Positions 19,558 to 30,339 are shown, numbered from the stretch's first letter. The stretch: 64,000 nt of DNA from Nitrospirota bacterium (GCA_027021335.1 JALUUO010000088.1:37916-101915), one strand, 5' to 3'. Numbers and translations are program-made. Notes: generated by a model not told the origin, from the letters alone.

Positions 19558-20439
19558 ATGTTAGATAAAATAATTACAGGTTGGTTTAGTGAAGTGGATG
19601 AGCAGTGGCCGGGTGTTGCCCTGTCATTGAAGGTGAAAAAGGTGTTGTACGAAGGAAGAACAAAGTATCAGAAGATCGCGTTTTATGAAACAGAAAGCTT
19701 TGGCAGAATAATGACTCTGGATGATGTCATACAGATCACAGAGCGGGATGAGTTCGCCTACCAGGAGATGATCGCTCATCTGCCTCTTTTTGCCCATCCG
19801 GCTCCGGGCAGTGTATTAGTGATAGGAGGAGGAGACGGAGGCGTCTTAAGAGAAATAGCAAAGCATGAGTTGGTTGAAAATATTGATTTATGTGAAATTG
19901 ATGAAGATGTAATAACATATGCAAAGAAGTGGCTTCCATATGCGGCTTTGGGCTATGATGAACCCCGGGTGAATGTGCATATTGAAGATGGAGCAACCTT
20001 TGTTAAGAAAAATGAAAACGCTTATGATGTAATAATTGTGGATTCCTCCGACCCCGAAGGGCCGGCAAGGGCACTTTTTGAAGCGCCTTTTTACAGAGAT
20101 CTTTACCGTGCCCTTGCCCCTGGTGGAATAGTCTGCTCTCAGGCCGAGTCATTGTGGCTGCACGGTCCATTAATCAAAGAGCTGGTTGCTATGAGCCGGG
20201 AAATATTCCCCTCGGTAGAATATGCTTTCACCACTATTCCGACTTATCCGTCCGGCCAGATAGGCTTTATGCTATCCTCAAAAGCTGGAAGTTGCCGGAA
20301 ACCGGTACGCAAGTTGACTGCCAAAACGCTTGAAACTTTACGATATTATAATGCAGGTATACACGAGGCATCCTTTGTTCTGCCCCAGTTTGCAAAGAAG
20401 ATAGTGGAACCGGTATCAGGAGGCGAGATAAAACCATGA
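19558..20439 (+). CDS. speE: Polyamine aminopropyltransferase (spermidine synthase)
   Basis: VLVIGGGDGGVLREIAKH and DVIIVDSSDPEGPA motifs. An AGGAGG Shine-Dalgarno sequence lies upstream. Confidence 0.9.
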   Translation: MLDKIITGWFSEVDEQWPGVALSLKVKKVLYEGRTKYQKIAFYETESFGRIMTLDDVIQITERDEFAYQEMIAHLPLFAHPAPGSVLVIGGGDGGVLREIAKHELVENIDLCEIDEDVITYAKKWLPYAALGYDEPRVNVHIEDGATFVKKNENAYDVIIVDSSDPEGPARALFEAPFYRDLYRALAPGGIVCSQAESLWLHGPLIKELVAMSREIFPSVEYAFTTIPTYPSGQIGFMLSSKAGSCRKPVRKLTAKTLETLRYYNAGIHEASFVLPQFAKKIVEPVSGGEIKP

Positions 20440-20924
20440 GTGCAAGTAAGCTGTCCAGGCGTCCTTCCTGGGACGAATACTTTTTATTTAATATTCTGCC
20501 CCAGGTGGCGACACGGTCCACATGTTTAAGAAGACAGGTTGGAGCTATCGTTACGGTGAACAACCGGATTGTAGCTACAGGATATAATGGAGCGCCAAGC
20601 GGGGTTAGGAGTTGTGATGAGCTTGGATATTGCAACAAGGATCGGGAGGGTCTGGCTTCAGGAACAGGTCACGATCTGTGTCTGGCGTCTCACTCCGAGC
20701 AGAACTGTATTAATTCAGCAGCCAGAAGCGGGGTGAGCATCGATGGCGGCTCTATTTACGTAAATGTCCGCCCCTGCACTCATTGTGCAAAAAGCATTAT
20801 AAACGCGGGTATAAAAAGAATTGTGTATCACACCGACTACCCTGATGAACTCGGCCTTAGGCTGTTGACCGAAGCAGGCATTCAGCTTGTAAAAATGGAG
20901 CCGCCGGGTAAGAAAACCGTTTAA
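20436..20924 (+). CDS. dCMP / cytidine-deoxycytidylate deaminase family protein
   Basis: Zinc-binding deaminase motifs HSEQNCI and PCTHCAKSI. An ATGA stop/start overlap couples it to speE. Confidence 0.85.
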   Translation: MSASKLSRRPSWDEYFLFNILPQVATRSTCLRRQVGAIVTVNNRIVATGYNGAPSGVRSCDELGYCNKDREGLASGTGHDLCLASHSEQNCINSAARSGVSIDGGSIYVNVRPCTHCAKSIINAGIKRIVYHTDYPDELGLRLLTEAGIQLVKMEPPGKKTV

Positions 20925-20927
20925 TTC

Positions 20928-21638
20928 CTAGTTAAGGTTAAGGTCAGGCAGAACATCACTATCGAACTTGAGAGATCCGAAGTACTCAGCAATAGAACTG
21001 CGATAAACTCCTATTGTTTTAAAAGCGTCCTGGGCCAATAGGAATCGCTGACGGGCCGTTATCATTCCATCACCGGCTTTAAGCTCTGCAAGAAACTCTT
21101 TGTACTGGCTGGGCGAACTCAGAACGGCCACGCTGGGCCAGTTCTTGGCGGCAGCCATGATCATGGTAGGACCGCCTATGTCGATATTTACCCTTGCTGT
21201 CTCCGCGGTGGCACCATCCCTTTTAACCGCCTCATTAAAGGGATATAGGTTGCCTGCCAGAATATCGAAGTAAACACCGTTCATTTCCTCTTTTGTTGCA
21301 GGAAGAATGTTTTCAAGATAGTCCTCGTGCGCAGGATTGCCTCTTTCAGCAAGAAGGCCGGCGTGAATCTTAGGGTGAAGGGTTTTGACCAGCCCGCCTT
21401 CCATCTCAGGAGCTCCTGTGAACAACTCGACAGGCATATAGTTTTTTCCGGCGTGGTCGCCAAGAATTTCTGATATCTTCTTTCCTGTTCCACCGGTTGA
21501 GTAGAACACGATCGCTGGATTTAACTCGAGCAATCCTCTGACCAGGTCTTCAAGGCCCGACTTATCAAACACACTCACCAATACATGGCGAGGCTTTATT
21601 TTATCGATAATTTTGTACTTGTTTTCCCTGATACTCAA
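20928..21638 (-). CDS. Standalone IMP cyclohydrolase, equivalent to the N-terminal MGS-like domain of PurH
   Basis: Clear collinear match to the PurH N-terminal domain (VLVSVFDKSG...STGGT...TGAPEMEGGLVKTLHPKIHAGLL...NLYPF...NIDIGGPTMIMAAAKN). There is no transformylase domain attached. Confidence 0.85.
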   Translation of the reverse strand: MSIRENKYKIIDKIKPRHVLVSVFDKSGLEDLVRGLLELNPAIVFYSTGGTGKKISEILGDHAGKNYMPVELFTGAPEMEGGLVKTLHPKIHAGLLAERGNPAHEDYLENILPATKEEMNGVYFDILAGNLYPFNEAVKRDGATAETARVNIDIGGPTMIMAAAKNWPSVAVLSSPSQYKEFLAELKAGDGMITARQRFLLAQDAFKTIGVYRSSIAEYFGSLKFDSDVLPDLNLN

Positions 21639-21642
21639 GCTC

Positions 21643-21831
21643 TTATCCCTTAACGACTTTACCTGAGCGGATGCAGCGTGTGCAGGCGTAAACCCTTTTT
21701 GTGGTGCCGTTTCCGGACGAAATCCTTACACGATGTATGTTAGGTTTAAAAACTCTTTTTGTCTTGTTATTGGCATGACTCACATTGTTGCCAACCATTC
21801 TCATTTTTCCGCAAACACTACAGACAGCCAT
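21643..21831 (-). CDS. rpmB: 50S ribosomal protein L28
   Basis: [33 protein letters not shown] is typical of L28. I place the true start at the ATG at 21831, which has a GGAGG sequence 9 nt upstream. The ORF track extends to 21852. Confidence 0.88.
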   Translation of the reverse strand: MAVCSVCGKMRMVGNNVSHANNKTKRVFKPNIHRVRISSGNGTTKRVYACTRCIRSGKVVKG

Positions 21832-21918
21832 TGTAAAATGACCTCCTCTCAAAAAGCCTCGTTGTTAAGCAGATTTAAAACCGTTAAAGCGATGATCGTT
21901 GATATTCACAGAGAGATA

Positions 21919-22194
21919 ATGATAACATTACTCAATTTGGTTTTACAAGCATCGATCAGAACCTGTATAGGTTGTGGCCGCAAACGTTCCAAGAACGAAT
22001 TAGCGCGTTTTGTTTTGGCCGGCGAAAAAGTTGTGTTTGATCCGGCAATGCGCCTGCCGGGGCGTGGAGTTTATATATGTCCGGCAGAGGAATGTTTATT
22101 GAAAGGGATCAGTGCTAAAGCTTTAAGCCGGTCTTTTAGACGAAAAATCAAGCCTGAAATTGTTTCAGTGCTTAAATCTGTGATGATTAAGTAA
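21919..22194 (+). CDS. ylxR: YlxR/RnpM-family RNA-binding protein (DUF448) upstream of infB
   Basis: RTCIGCGRKRSKNELARFV ... GRGVYICPAEECL is the DUF448 signature. The start is uncertain and could be 21892 or 21919. The ORF track extends to 21733, but that region overlaps rpmB on the opposite strand. Confidence 0.7.
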   Translation: MITLLNLVLQASIRTCIGCGRKRSKNELARFVLAGEKVVFDPAMRLPGRGVYICPAEECLLKGISAKALSRSFRRKIKPEIVSVLKSVMIK

Positions 22195-22239
22195 TGCTAA
22201 GTATAATGTGTTTAGGTGTAAGTGGGGTAAATAGCGTAG

Positions 22240-24849
22240 ATGGCAAAAATTCGGGTACATGAACTTGCAAAAAAACTGGCGATAGATAATAAGAGTATTC
22301 TTGCCGCCTTGGAAAAACTCGGTGTTACTGGGAAGTCGCATTCTTCAAGTCTTGATGAGCACCTTATTAATAAAGTAAAAAGGGTTCTTTTAGGTTATGA
22401 AGTAGAGGCCGAACCTCAAGCCGTTCAAGCTCCTGTTAGAAAAAAGAAGACTAAAATAAAAGAAGATAAGCCCGAAGTCGAGGCGCCGAAAGCCGAGGCG
22501 CCTAAAGTTGAGGCTTCGAAAGTTGAAGAGAAAACACAGCTGAAGAAGGCGGTTAAAAAACAGGTTGAAGAAAAGCCTGCCACACAGGCACCTGTATCCA
22601 AGACTGAAAAGAAGTCAACAAAAAAGAAGGTTGTTATCAAGCTGGCCGAAGTGCAGGCCGCCGCCAGAATGGAAAACCAAGCACCACAGAAATTCGAAGA
22701 CCTTTCGAAAATCCAGGAGTCGTTGGCAAAAGCGGTGTCAACAGCAGCTACGGCTTTGAAAAAAGAAAATATTGAACAGGTCGAAGAATTGACGACCGAT
22801 AACGAGAAAACGGCTGATGAAGTTCGGAAGGAAAAATTGAAAAATCAACTAGCTAAAGAAGTTTCTAAAGAAAAACTCCAGAAATTCAGTGGCAAAACCT
22901 TCGAAACTCTTCAGCAAGTACAGACACGGGGAAGATCCTCAAGTGGAGCAGGGCTTCAGCCCACATTTCCCAGGGGACGTGGACGAAGACGTCCGGTCAA
23001 AGGTCGTAGACCCTCTTTTGCGCAGCAAGGCTCCAAGCAGCAAAAAAACGGCCCTACGGTCTCCACAGCAGCCCCTAGAAAAAAGGATATCAGGTTCCGT
23101 GAAGGCACAACGGTTAAGGAATTTGCCGAACTTATTGGTCAAAAAGTTAATGATATCATCAGAAGCCTGATGGACTTGGGGCAGATGGCTACGCTAAACC
23201 AGCCTCTGGATGCTGATGCGGCACAACTTATTGCAGAGAACTTTGGCATCAAGATAGAGCCGGTGGCTGTGGAAACAGAAGCAACAATAATTGCAGGGGC
23301 TGTTGACGACGAGGAATCTCTCAAGTCCCGCTCACCGGTAGTGACTGTTATGGGACATGTTGACCATGGTAAAACTTCACTTCTGGATGTTATAAGAAAA
23401 ACGCGTGTGACCGAGGGTGAGGCCGGAGGTATTACTCAACATATAGGTGCATACCGGGTTCCTATCAAGGACCGTTACATAACATTTTTGGATACACCGG
23501 GCCACGCGGCTTTCACGGCTATGCGGGCGCGTGGAGCCAACCTGACAGATATCGTAATACTTGTTGTGGCAGCGGATGACGGTGTTATGCCGCAGACCAT
23601 AGAGGCTATTGATCATTCTCGGGCGGCAGATGTGCCTATTGTTGTTGCAATCAATAAGGTAGATAAACCTGAAGCCAACCCGGATAAAGTAAAGGCGGAA
23701 CTGGCCGAGTACGGCCTCACCCCAGAGGAGTGGGGCGGCAATACCATCTTCTGCGAGGTATCGGCCAAGGAGAATACCGGTATTGAGCAGATGCTCGAAA
23801 TGGTTCTTCTACAGGCGGATGTGCTGGAGCTTAAAGCCAACCCGGACCGTCCGGCCAGCGGCACCGTAATCGAAGCGCGTCTGGACCGTGGACGTGGCCC
23901 GGTAGCTACAATGCTTGTACAGACGGGCACACTGAAAACCGGCGACGTAGTTCTTACAGGAACTATGTTTGGAAAGGTGAAGACCTTAAACAATGATACC
24001 GGTACAAAGATCGACTCGGCAGGTCCTTCGGTTCCGGTTGAAGTTATGGGTATTTCGGGTGTTCCATCAGCCGGAGATCCCTTTGTAGTGCTGGATGATG
24101 AGAGAAAGGCCCGCCAGATCGCTATGAGCCGTGAAGAGAAACAGAAAGCCAAGGAGATGCTACATAAGCCGAAACTCTCGCTAGAGGATCTTTTCAGCCA
24201 GATACAGAAGGGCGAAGTTCAGGATCTAAATATCTTGGTGAAAGGTGATGTTCATGGATCCGTGGAGGCTGTACAGAACTCTCTGCTTGAAATCACACAT
24301 CCCGAGGTTAAGGTAAATATTATTCATGCTCTAACAGGCGGAATAACCGAAAGTGATGTTATGCTCGCCAAAGCCTCTAACGCCATCATAATAGGTTTTA
24401 ACGTAAGGCCTGAGCTTAAAGCCAGGCATCTGGCGGAAAGAGAAGGGGTGGATATAAGGTTATACAATGTAATTTATAAGGCTGTTGATGATATAAAACA
24501 GGCACTGGAAGGCATGCTTGCGCCAACTCTGGTCGAAAAAGTTCTGGGTCGGGCCGAAGTACGGCAGACATTCCAGGTGTCCCGCCTTGGAGTGATAGCC
24601 GGCTCATATGTTTTGGACGGCATAATAAGCCGTAAATGCTCTGGAATTCGTGTTATACGAGACAACGTTGTAATTTACGATGGCAAACTGGGCTCGCTTA
24701 AGCGTTTCAATGACGATGCAAAGGAAGTTAATACTGGCTACGAGTGTGGTATCACGATAGAGAACTTCAATGATATAAAAGTTGGTGATATTCTCGAAAA
24801 TTACATAATAGAATCTGTAGCCACGAAGTTCGAAGAACAAAACAGCTAA
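22240..24849 (+). CDS. infB: Translation initiation factor IF-2
   Basis: Charged, Lys/Glu-rich N-terminal region, then a GTPase domain ([25 protein letters not shown]) and C-terminal IF-2 domains. Confidence 0.95.
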   Translation: MAKIRVHELAKKLAIDNKSILAALEKLGVTGKSHSSSLDEHLINKVKRVLLGYEVEAEPQAVQAPVRKKKTKIKEDKPEVEAPKAEAPKVEASKVEEKTQLKKAVKKQVEEKPATQAPVSKTEKKSTKKKVVIKLAEVQAAARMENQAPQKFEDLSKIQESLAKAVSTAATALKKENIEQVEELTTDNEKTADEVRKEKLKNQLAKEVSKEKLQKFSGKTFETLQQVQTRGRSSSGAGLQPTFPRGRGRRRPVKGRRPSFAQQGSKQQKNGPTVSTAAPRKKDIRFREGTTVKEFAELIGQKVNDIIRSLMDLGQMATLNQPLDADAAQLIAENFGIKIEPVAVETEATIIAGAVDDEESLKSRSPVVTVMGHVDHGKTSLLDVIRKTRVTEGEAGGITQHIGAYRVPIKDRYITFLDTPGHAAFTAMRARGANLTDIVILVVAADDGVMPQTIEAIDHSRAADVPIVVAINKVDKPEANPDKVKAELAEYGLTPEEWGGNTIFCEVSAKENTGIEQMLEMVLLQADVLELKANPDRPASGTVIEARLDRGRGPVATMLVQTGTLKTGDVVLTGTMFGKVKTLNNDTGTKIDSAGPSVPVEVMGISGVPSAGDPFVVLDDERKARQIAMSREEKQKAKEMLHKPKLSLEDLFSQIQKGEVQDLNILVKGDVHGSVEAVQNSLLEITHPEVKVNIIHALTGGITESDVMLAKASNAIIIGFNVRPELKARHLAEREGVDIRLYNVIYKAVDDIKQALEGMLAPTLVEKVLGRAEVRQTFQVSRLGVIAGSYVLDGIISRKCSGIRVIRDNVVIYDGKLGSLKRFNDDAKEVNTGYECGITIENFNDIKVGDILENYIIESVATKFEEQNS

Positions 24850-24942
24850 CAAGGGTAACATCAAACACTCTTTTTATTGCTGTAGCCCCAGAGGGATATT
24901 CCGGCTTTTTGTCTGTTTTTTGCAGGCCTTGTCGATATAGTT

Positions 24943-24966
24943 GGTGGCATGACAGTTCATGCCACC
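24943..24966. terminator. Stable GC-rich stem-loop (9-bp perfect stem, 6-nt loop) in the convergent gap between infB and the DsbA-like gene. Possible bidirectional terminator.
   Basis: GGTGGCATG-acagtt-CATGCCACC. T-rich tracts lie upstream of it and a weak T tract lies downstream, so the assignment is tentative. Confidence 0.35.
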
Positions 24967-25006
24967 TTATCCTTGCTGAAAATACTCAATACGGCAAAAT
25001 CCGAGA

Positions 25007-25657
25007 TTACTTGTTCTGAGTAAGTATACTCTTTAAAATAGTTATAACATTATTTTTGAAAGAATCAATATTATGATCAACCGCGTGCGGGTTTGTCATT
25101 ATATTGCCGGCAATTATTAAAGTAGGTGTTTCGTCAACCTTGTATATCTTGGCCATATCCAGGTTTTTCTGAGCCTCTTGAGCTTTATCTCCTGCTTTTA
25201 GCCTGCGGCCGAAATCATGGTCAAGACCTATTTCACTGCCGATGCTCTCCAGTACATTAATATCCGCAATATTTTTCTGTTCAATCATTTGCGCTCTAAA
25301 AAGTGCTTTTTTCATCTGCTCGCCTTTTCCTGCCTCTTCCGCCAAAAGGTAGGCTTCTCCTGGTTTGGGAGATCCGTGCTCGCCCCAATAGATAGGGATA
25401 ATTTTCCATATGATTTTTTTAGGAAAGTTTCCCTTTATCACCGGAATCGCTCTTTCAAACTCGTAACATGTATGACAGTAAAAACTCATAAACTCTATTA
25501 CTTCAACAGTTTTGCCGTCAAATTTAAACTTTTCTCCTTCCAGTACGGTATGAATGCCCTCTATAGCAGGGGGCGTGGATTCGCTGGCCTTACAGGAAAA
25601 CAACATAGGCAATAAGGCAAATGATATCATTAATACAACTATTTTTTTCTGCAACAT
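25007..25657 (-). CDS. Thioredoxin-fold thiol:disulfide oxidoreductase lipoprotein (DsbA-like)
   Basis: Signal peptide with a lipobox (LFSC), a CHTC active-site motif, and the DsbA-like length and layout. Confidence 0.7.
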   Translation of the reverse strand: MLQKKIVVLMISFALLPMLFSCKASESTPPAIEGIHTVLEGEKFKFDGKTVEVIEFMSFYCHTCYEFERAIPVIKGNFPKKIIWKIIPIYWGEHGSPKPGEAYLLAEEAGKGEQMKKALFRAQMIEQKNIADINVLESIGSEIGLDHDFGRRLKAGDKAQEAQKNLDMAKIYKVDETPTLIIAGNIMTNPHAVDHNIDSFKNNVITILKSILTQNK

Positions 25658-25687
25658 TTTATCCTCCGTGTTTTTACTTTTAAAAAG

Positions 25688-26866
25688 TTAGTGTTTAATT
25701 TTTTTAAGGTAAATGGAATAGTTAAAATCAGGGCTGCTGCTTTTTGTGTGACACCTCAGGCAGACAGATTTTGTTACGGGCTTCATTCGTTTAGAATAGT
25801 CTAACAGGTGCTCTATACCCAGTCCGTGACAGGCTTCGCACTGTACATTTGAGAGCCAGGGTGTTGTCTCGGTACTCGAAAATCCGCCATTTTCCCTAAA
25901 CCCGACGGTATGACATTCCAGGCACTCAGGATTTGCTGACTTACCCGCTTGTTCAAGGCTTGAAAATGCCTTGGCATGACGTGTTTTTCTCCAACTTTCC
26001 ATAAAAGGCTGATGGCACTCTGCGCATTTTGAGGCGCCGAGATATGTTTTTTCTGTCAGAGGTTTTTCCATCTTCTTTAGCAGTTGAGCGACCTTAGTGT
26101 CATAATCAGTCATGAGACTACGAACTCTTTCATCTTCTATGCTGTCATTGCCTAGGGATTGCCAACGGTGCTCAAAGCCCAGGACACTTCCGGCATTATC
26201 TGCTTGGATTGTTAAAATGCCCAGCTTTTTCCCTTTAGGGTAACCGGATACAATAATTGTATTATTGGTTTGCAAGGGAACATTAATTATTTCACCTGAG
26301 GAAGTAATTATAACATCCCATCCATTTATAAGTTTAGCATCTGAAACCGAAAGACTGGTAAGTAAGATGTTTAGCATATCTTTACGGTGTTTTGCCGGTG
26401 CAGTGCTTATATTTATACTAAAGCCTGCTCGTTCTACTGTAACCGATTGATTATATAATGATAAGTTAGAAACAACCGGTATTTTATATTCACTTAAAAT
26501 CTGCCGGAAAAAAACTTCCGGCAACCTTTTCTCCTTTTCAGAAAATGCGACTGCATCATACTGAATAAGGTTGAAGGCTTTCAACATGGCTTCTGTTTTC
26601 AACCTTCCCTGTGGCGTGTTCTTATCTGAGAAGTTACCTGAGTCCAACAAAATATATGGAGAAAGTTCATCTTTATGCTTCTTCAGATAGCCGGATGTCC
26701 TCGGCATGCCTCCAAAATCGGTCTTTGGCGAACAGCCGCATGGTTCAAGCTCGCCTTCTATGTTTCCGGTGTAAATAATGTTTATTTTCAGACTCTTGCC
26801 ATGCACTACGGCCGGCAGCAGAATTAGCTGCATGAAAAGGGATATAAATATAAGGTTCAATCTCAT
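25688..26866 (-). CDS. Secreted tetraheme c-type cytochrome with an N-terminal degenerate metallophosphoesterase-like domain
   Basis: Signal peptide and four CxxCH motifs in the C-terminal third (CAECH, CLECH, CEACH, CLRCH). The N-terminal region resembles a 5'-nucleotidase/calcineurin-like fold but with the metal ligands substituted (YTGNIEG, DSGN, SEKE). Confidence 0.7.
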   Translation of the reverse strand: MRLNLIFISLFMQLILLPAVVHGKSLKINIIYTGNIEGELEPCGCSPKTDFGGMPRTSGYLKKHKDELSPYILLDSGNFSDKNTPQGRLKTEAMLKAFNLIQYDAVAFSEKEKRLPEVFFRQILSEYKIPVVSNLSLYNQSVTVERAGFSINISTAPAKHRKDMLNILLTSLSVSDAKLINGWDVIITSSGEIINVPLQTNNTIIVSGYPKGKKLGILTIQADNAGSVLGFEHRWQSLGNDSIEDERVRSLMTDYDTKVAQLLKKMEKPLTEKTYLGASKCAECHQPFMESWRKTRHAKAFSSLEQAGKSANPECLECHTVGFRENGGFSSTETTPWLSNVQCEACHGLGIEHLLDYSKRMKPVTKSVCLRCHTKSSSPDFNYSIYLKKIKH

Positions 26867-26873
26867 GATTGTA

Positions 26874-28178
26874 TCAATACGGATAAAATATGAAAAACAG
26901 CATGGATAATGCTGCCAGTATCCATAACCCTAATGAAACTTCTTTAACCCTCCCTGAGAACAACTTCACCAAAGGGTATATAACAAACCCTGCTGTCATA
27001 CCTACACCTATATTATATGTGAAACTCATAAGAATAATGATACAGAAGGCCGGAATAACTTCGGTCAGGTCATCGAATTGTATATCTTTAATATGGGATA
27101 ACATAAGCATGCCGACTATTATTAATGCCGGGCCATATGCATATGAGGGAATTACAGTCAGAAAGGGCGTAAAAAAAAGAGCCGTAAGAAACAGAAACGC
27201 CGTAATAACTGATGTTAATCCAGATCTACCTCCTGATTCTATTCCTGTGGCCGATTCAATATATGTTCCGGTAGTTGTTGTTCCTAAAAGGGAGGCGACT
27301 ATTGTAGCTAAAGAATCACAAAGCATGGGTTTCTCAATATCAGGAAGGTTTTCATTTTCATCAAGCAGGTTAGCCCTGTAAGATAATCCTATTAATGTCC
27401 CCATAGTATCTACAAAGTCCATAACAAAGACTGTTAAAATAACCGCAAAAAATCCCCAGTTCAGCGCTCCTAGTATATCTAGTTGTAAAAAAATAGGAGT
27501 TATGCTGGGAGGCATACTGACCCAGTTGTCAGGCGTTGGAACCAGTCCTATAAAAAATGCGGTAAAAGTTACTGCAAGAATCCCTAACAGTATTGCCCCT
27601 TTTACTCTTTTAATCATGAGAATGGTGATAAGGAAGAAGCCGGAAAATGCTAGTATTACGGTTGGATCCTTTAAGTTTCCTACATGTACCGGAGCGCCAT
27701 GCACCCCTAACCTTACGATGCCTGTTTCGTTCAAGCCTATAAAGGTGAGAAACAGTCCAATACCGACGACAAAACCTATTTTGAGGTCTTTTGGGATGGA
27801 TACTGCCAGCCAACTACGTATTTTGAGGACCGTTATAATTGTAAAAAAGAGACCTCCAATGAATATCGCCCCTATAGCGGTCTGCCAACTATATCCAAGA
27901 ACTTTTACGACGGTAAATGCTATAAAAGCATTTTCACCCATATACGGTGCTATTGCGAATGGCCTTTTGGCATAGACACCCATTGCCAGAGTTCCGAAAA
28001 AAGAGCTGATAATAGTTGCGACCATAGAGGGCCCAAATGGAATGCCTGCGGCTTCGAGTATTTTAGGGTTAACGATAATAATATACGCCATAGTAACAAA
28101 TGTCGTAACACCGGCTAATACTTCCTGCTTAACACTTGTTCCAAGCTCATCAAGTTTAAAATATTTTTTAATTAACAT
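26874..28178 (-). CDS. NCS2-family purine permease (AzgA/PbuG-type guanine/hypoxanthine/adenine permease)
   Basis: N-terminus LGTSVKQEVLAGVTTFVTMAYIIIVNP is typical of AzgA-family permeases. The protein has about 12 transmembrane segments. Confidence 0.85.
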   Translation of the reverse strand: MLIKKYFKLDELGTSVKQEVLAGVTTFVTMAYIIIVNPKILEAAGIPFGPSMVATIISSFFGTLAMGVYAKRPFAIAPYMGENAFIAFTVVKVLGYSWQTAIGAIFIGGLFFTIITVLKIRSWLAVSIPKDLKIGFVVGIGLFLTFIGLNETGIVRLGVHGAPVHVGNLKDPTVILAFSGFFLITILMIKRVKGAILLGILAVTFTAFFIGLVPTPDNWVSMPPSITPIFLQLDILGALNWGFFAVILTVFVMDFVDTMGTLIGLSYRANLLDENENLPDIEKPMLCDSLATIVASLLGTTTTGTYIESATGIESGGRSGLTSVITAFLFLTALFFTPFLTVIPSYAYGPALIIVGMLMLSHIKDIQFDDLTEVIPAFCIIILMSFTYNIGVGMTAGFVIYPLVKLFSGRVKEVSLGLWILAALSMLFFIFYPY

Positions 28179-28368
28179 AATTTTACCTTCTGTCGTGCCA
28201 TGTTAAGAGTTGTAATTCTATCAAATACGCGCTGTTTTATGGTGGGAGGATGCTGTTTTTTGTGATAAATTGCTCAAATTCAGTTAAAGTCGCCTTGTGT
28301 ATTTGACGATAAATGAAAAAAACTTTGAACTGTTTTTAACTCTGAATTATTTTTAACTAATTGATATC

Positions 28369-30339
28369 ATGAGTGATTTACCTACCATAAAAGTTTTGAT
28401 CATAGAGGATAATCCGGGGGATGCATCTCTACTGAGCCGTATGCTTTCAGAAGTAACCAACCAGAGCTTTGAGCTTGTTTTTAGCGACAAGGTATCTAAA
28501 GGGTTGGAGTATCTTTCTGAGGGCGGTTTTGGCGTTGTAATTCTGGAGCTTTCGATGGCGGATATTCCGCAACATGACATGATAGGCGTTTTTCAGACTC
28601 AATTTCCTCATGTTCCGGTAATAGTGATTACCGACCAGAATGTTGATGCTCACGCCTTCCAGGTTGTAAGACAGGGTGCGCAGGATTACCTGGTTAAGAA
28701 CGAACTGGATGGCTTAATGCTGGCAAGATCCATACGTTACGCGATCGAGCGACAGCTGACGATCGAAGCATTGAGAGTTAGTGAGGCGAGGTTAAGCCTG
28801 ATCATGCGTGGTACCAGAGACGGAATCTGGGACTGGAACCTATTGACAGGAGAGTTTTACTTATCACCACGCTGGCTCGAAATGATTGGATATAAGGAGC
28901 ATGAGATCAAGAATAACTTTGTCGGTTTTCATAAGTTAATACATCCTGACGATTTGGGAGGCGCTCTTGATGCTTGGATTGGCGGCATGCAGGGAGAACT
29001 CGATTCATTTTCTGTAGAGTATCGTCTTCAAACGAAGCAGGAAGACTACATATGGGTTCAGAGCCGAGGGCTGGTGTTGCGTGACGCAAAAGGCAGTCCC
29101 ATCAGGCTCGCCGGATCGAACACGGATGTCACTGAGCGTAAGAGGTTTGAGGTCGAACTCTTGAAAGCCAGGCACTCGGCCGAGGCTTCCAGCCGGGCAA
29201 AAAGTGAATTTTTGGCCAACATGAGTCATGAGATACGTACGCCGATGAACGGTATTATCGGTATTACCGACTTGTTGATGGAGACCGAACTGACCGGAGA
29301 GCAGAGAGAGTATGTGGAGATGCTAAAGGGATCTGCCGACTCTCTTTTATCTATTATCAACGATATTTTAGATCTTTCCAAAATCGAAGCTGGAAAATTT
29401 GAACTGGATACCTCCGCTTTCAAACTTCGTGACTGTATAAAGGATGTTTTGGTTATAGGTGCGGTTAGTGCATCAAAAAAGGGGCTGCAACTTACAACTG
29501 ATATAGCTTCTGATGTGCCTGACTCGATTGTGGGCGATCAAGGATCTGTCAAGCAGGTCTTGATTAACCTTGTAGGCAATGCTGTGAAATTCACCGAAAA
29601 AGGCAGTGTGTCGATCTGTGTGAGCAGGCAGGAGTGTGGTGCCGGGTGGATTACCCTTCATTTCAGCGTAGCTGATACAGGGATAGGCATTCCTGAAGAA
29701 CATCAGCGGAAGATATTCGATATTTTCACGCAGGCTGACTCTTCCACAACGCGCAAGTACGGAGGAACAGGACTTGGCCTCTCGATATGCTCCCGTTTGG
29801 TGCAGATGATGAAAGGGGAAATATGGGTTGAGAGTAAACCTGGAAATGGAAGCTCTTTTCATTTCACTGCAAGTTTTGGCCTTGTTCATGAAGCCGCTTC
29901 CGAGGCCCGGCAGGTTGATGCTAAAGAGGCGGATAGCGCTGAAGAAAAAAAGCCGGGTCTTAATATTCTTGTTGCTGAAGACAATTTTGTGAATCAGAAA
30001 CTTGCTACCGCCCTGCTTCAAAAAGCGGGCCATAGTGTGACCATAGCCTCAAACGGCAGGGTGGCTGTTGATGAAATAGAAAGTAAACAATTTGATCTTG
30101 TTTTTATGGATGTGCAGATGCCGGAGATGGATGGATACCAGGCAACTCGCATCATACGGGAACGTGAGAAAGGGACGGAAGAGCGTATTCCGGTAATTGC
30201 ACTTACGGCGCATGTTATGAAGGGCGACAGGGAGCGTTGCATAAACGCCGGAATGGACGAATACTTATCAAAGCCCCTTAAGAAAAAGGATGTACTGGAT
30301 CTCATAGATAGACTGTTTCCAAACGGTGCAGGTAAATGA
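28369..30339 (+). CDS. Hybrid sensor histidine kinase with domain order REC-PAS-HisKA-HATPase-REC
   Basis: N-terminal receiver (IEDNPGD...D), a PAS domain, an H-box ([14 protein letters not shown]), G-boxes (GTGLGLSIC), and a C-terminal receiver ([14 protein letters not shown]). Confidence 0.92.
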   Translation: MSDLPTIKVLIIEDNPGDASLLSRMLSEVTNQSFELVFSDKVSKGLEYLSEGGFGVVILELSMADIPQHDMIGVFQTQFPHVPVIVITDQNVDAHAFQVVRQGAQDYLVKNELDGLMLARSIRYAIERQLTIEALRVSEARLSLIMRGTRDGIWDWNLLTGEFYLSPRWLEMIGYKEHEIKNNFVGFHKLIHPDDLGGALDAWIGGMQGELDSFSVEYRLQTKQEDYIWVQSRGLVLRDAKGSPIRLAGSNTDVTERKRFEVELLKARHSAEASSRAKSEFLANMSHEIRTPMNGIIGITDLLMETELTGEQREYVEMLKGSADSLLSIINDILDLSKIEAGKFELDTSAFKLRDCIKDVLVIGAVSASKKGLQLTTDIASDVPDSIVGDQGSVKQVLINLVGNAVKFTEKGSVSICVSRQECGAGWITLHFSVADTGIGIPEEHQRKIFDIFTQADSSTTRKYGGTGLGLSICSRLVQMMKGEIWVESKPGNGSSFHFTASFGLVHEAASEARQVDAKEADSAEEKKPGLNILVAEDNFVNQKLATALLQKAGHSVTIASNGRVAVDEIESKQFDLVFMDVQMPEMDGYQATRIIREREKGTEERIPVIALTAHVMKGDRERCINAGMDEYLSKPLKKKDVLDLIDRLFPNGAGK

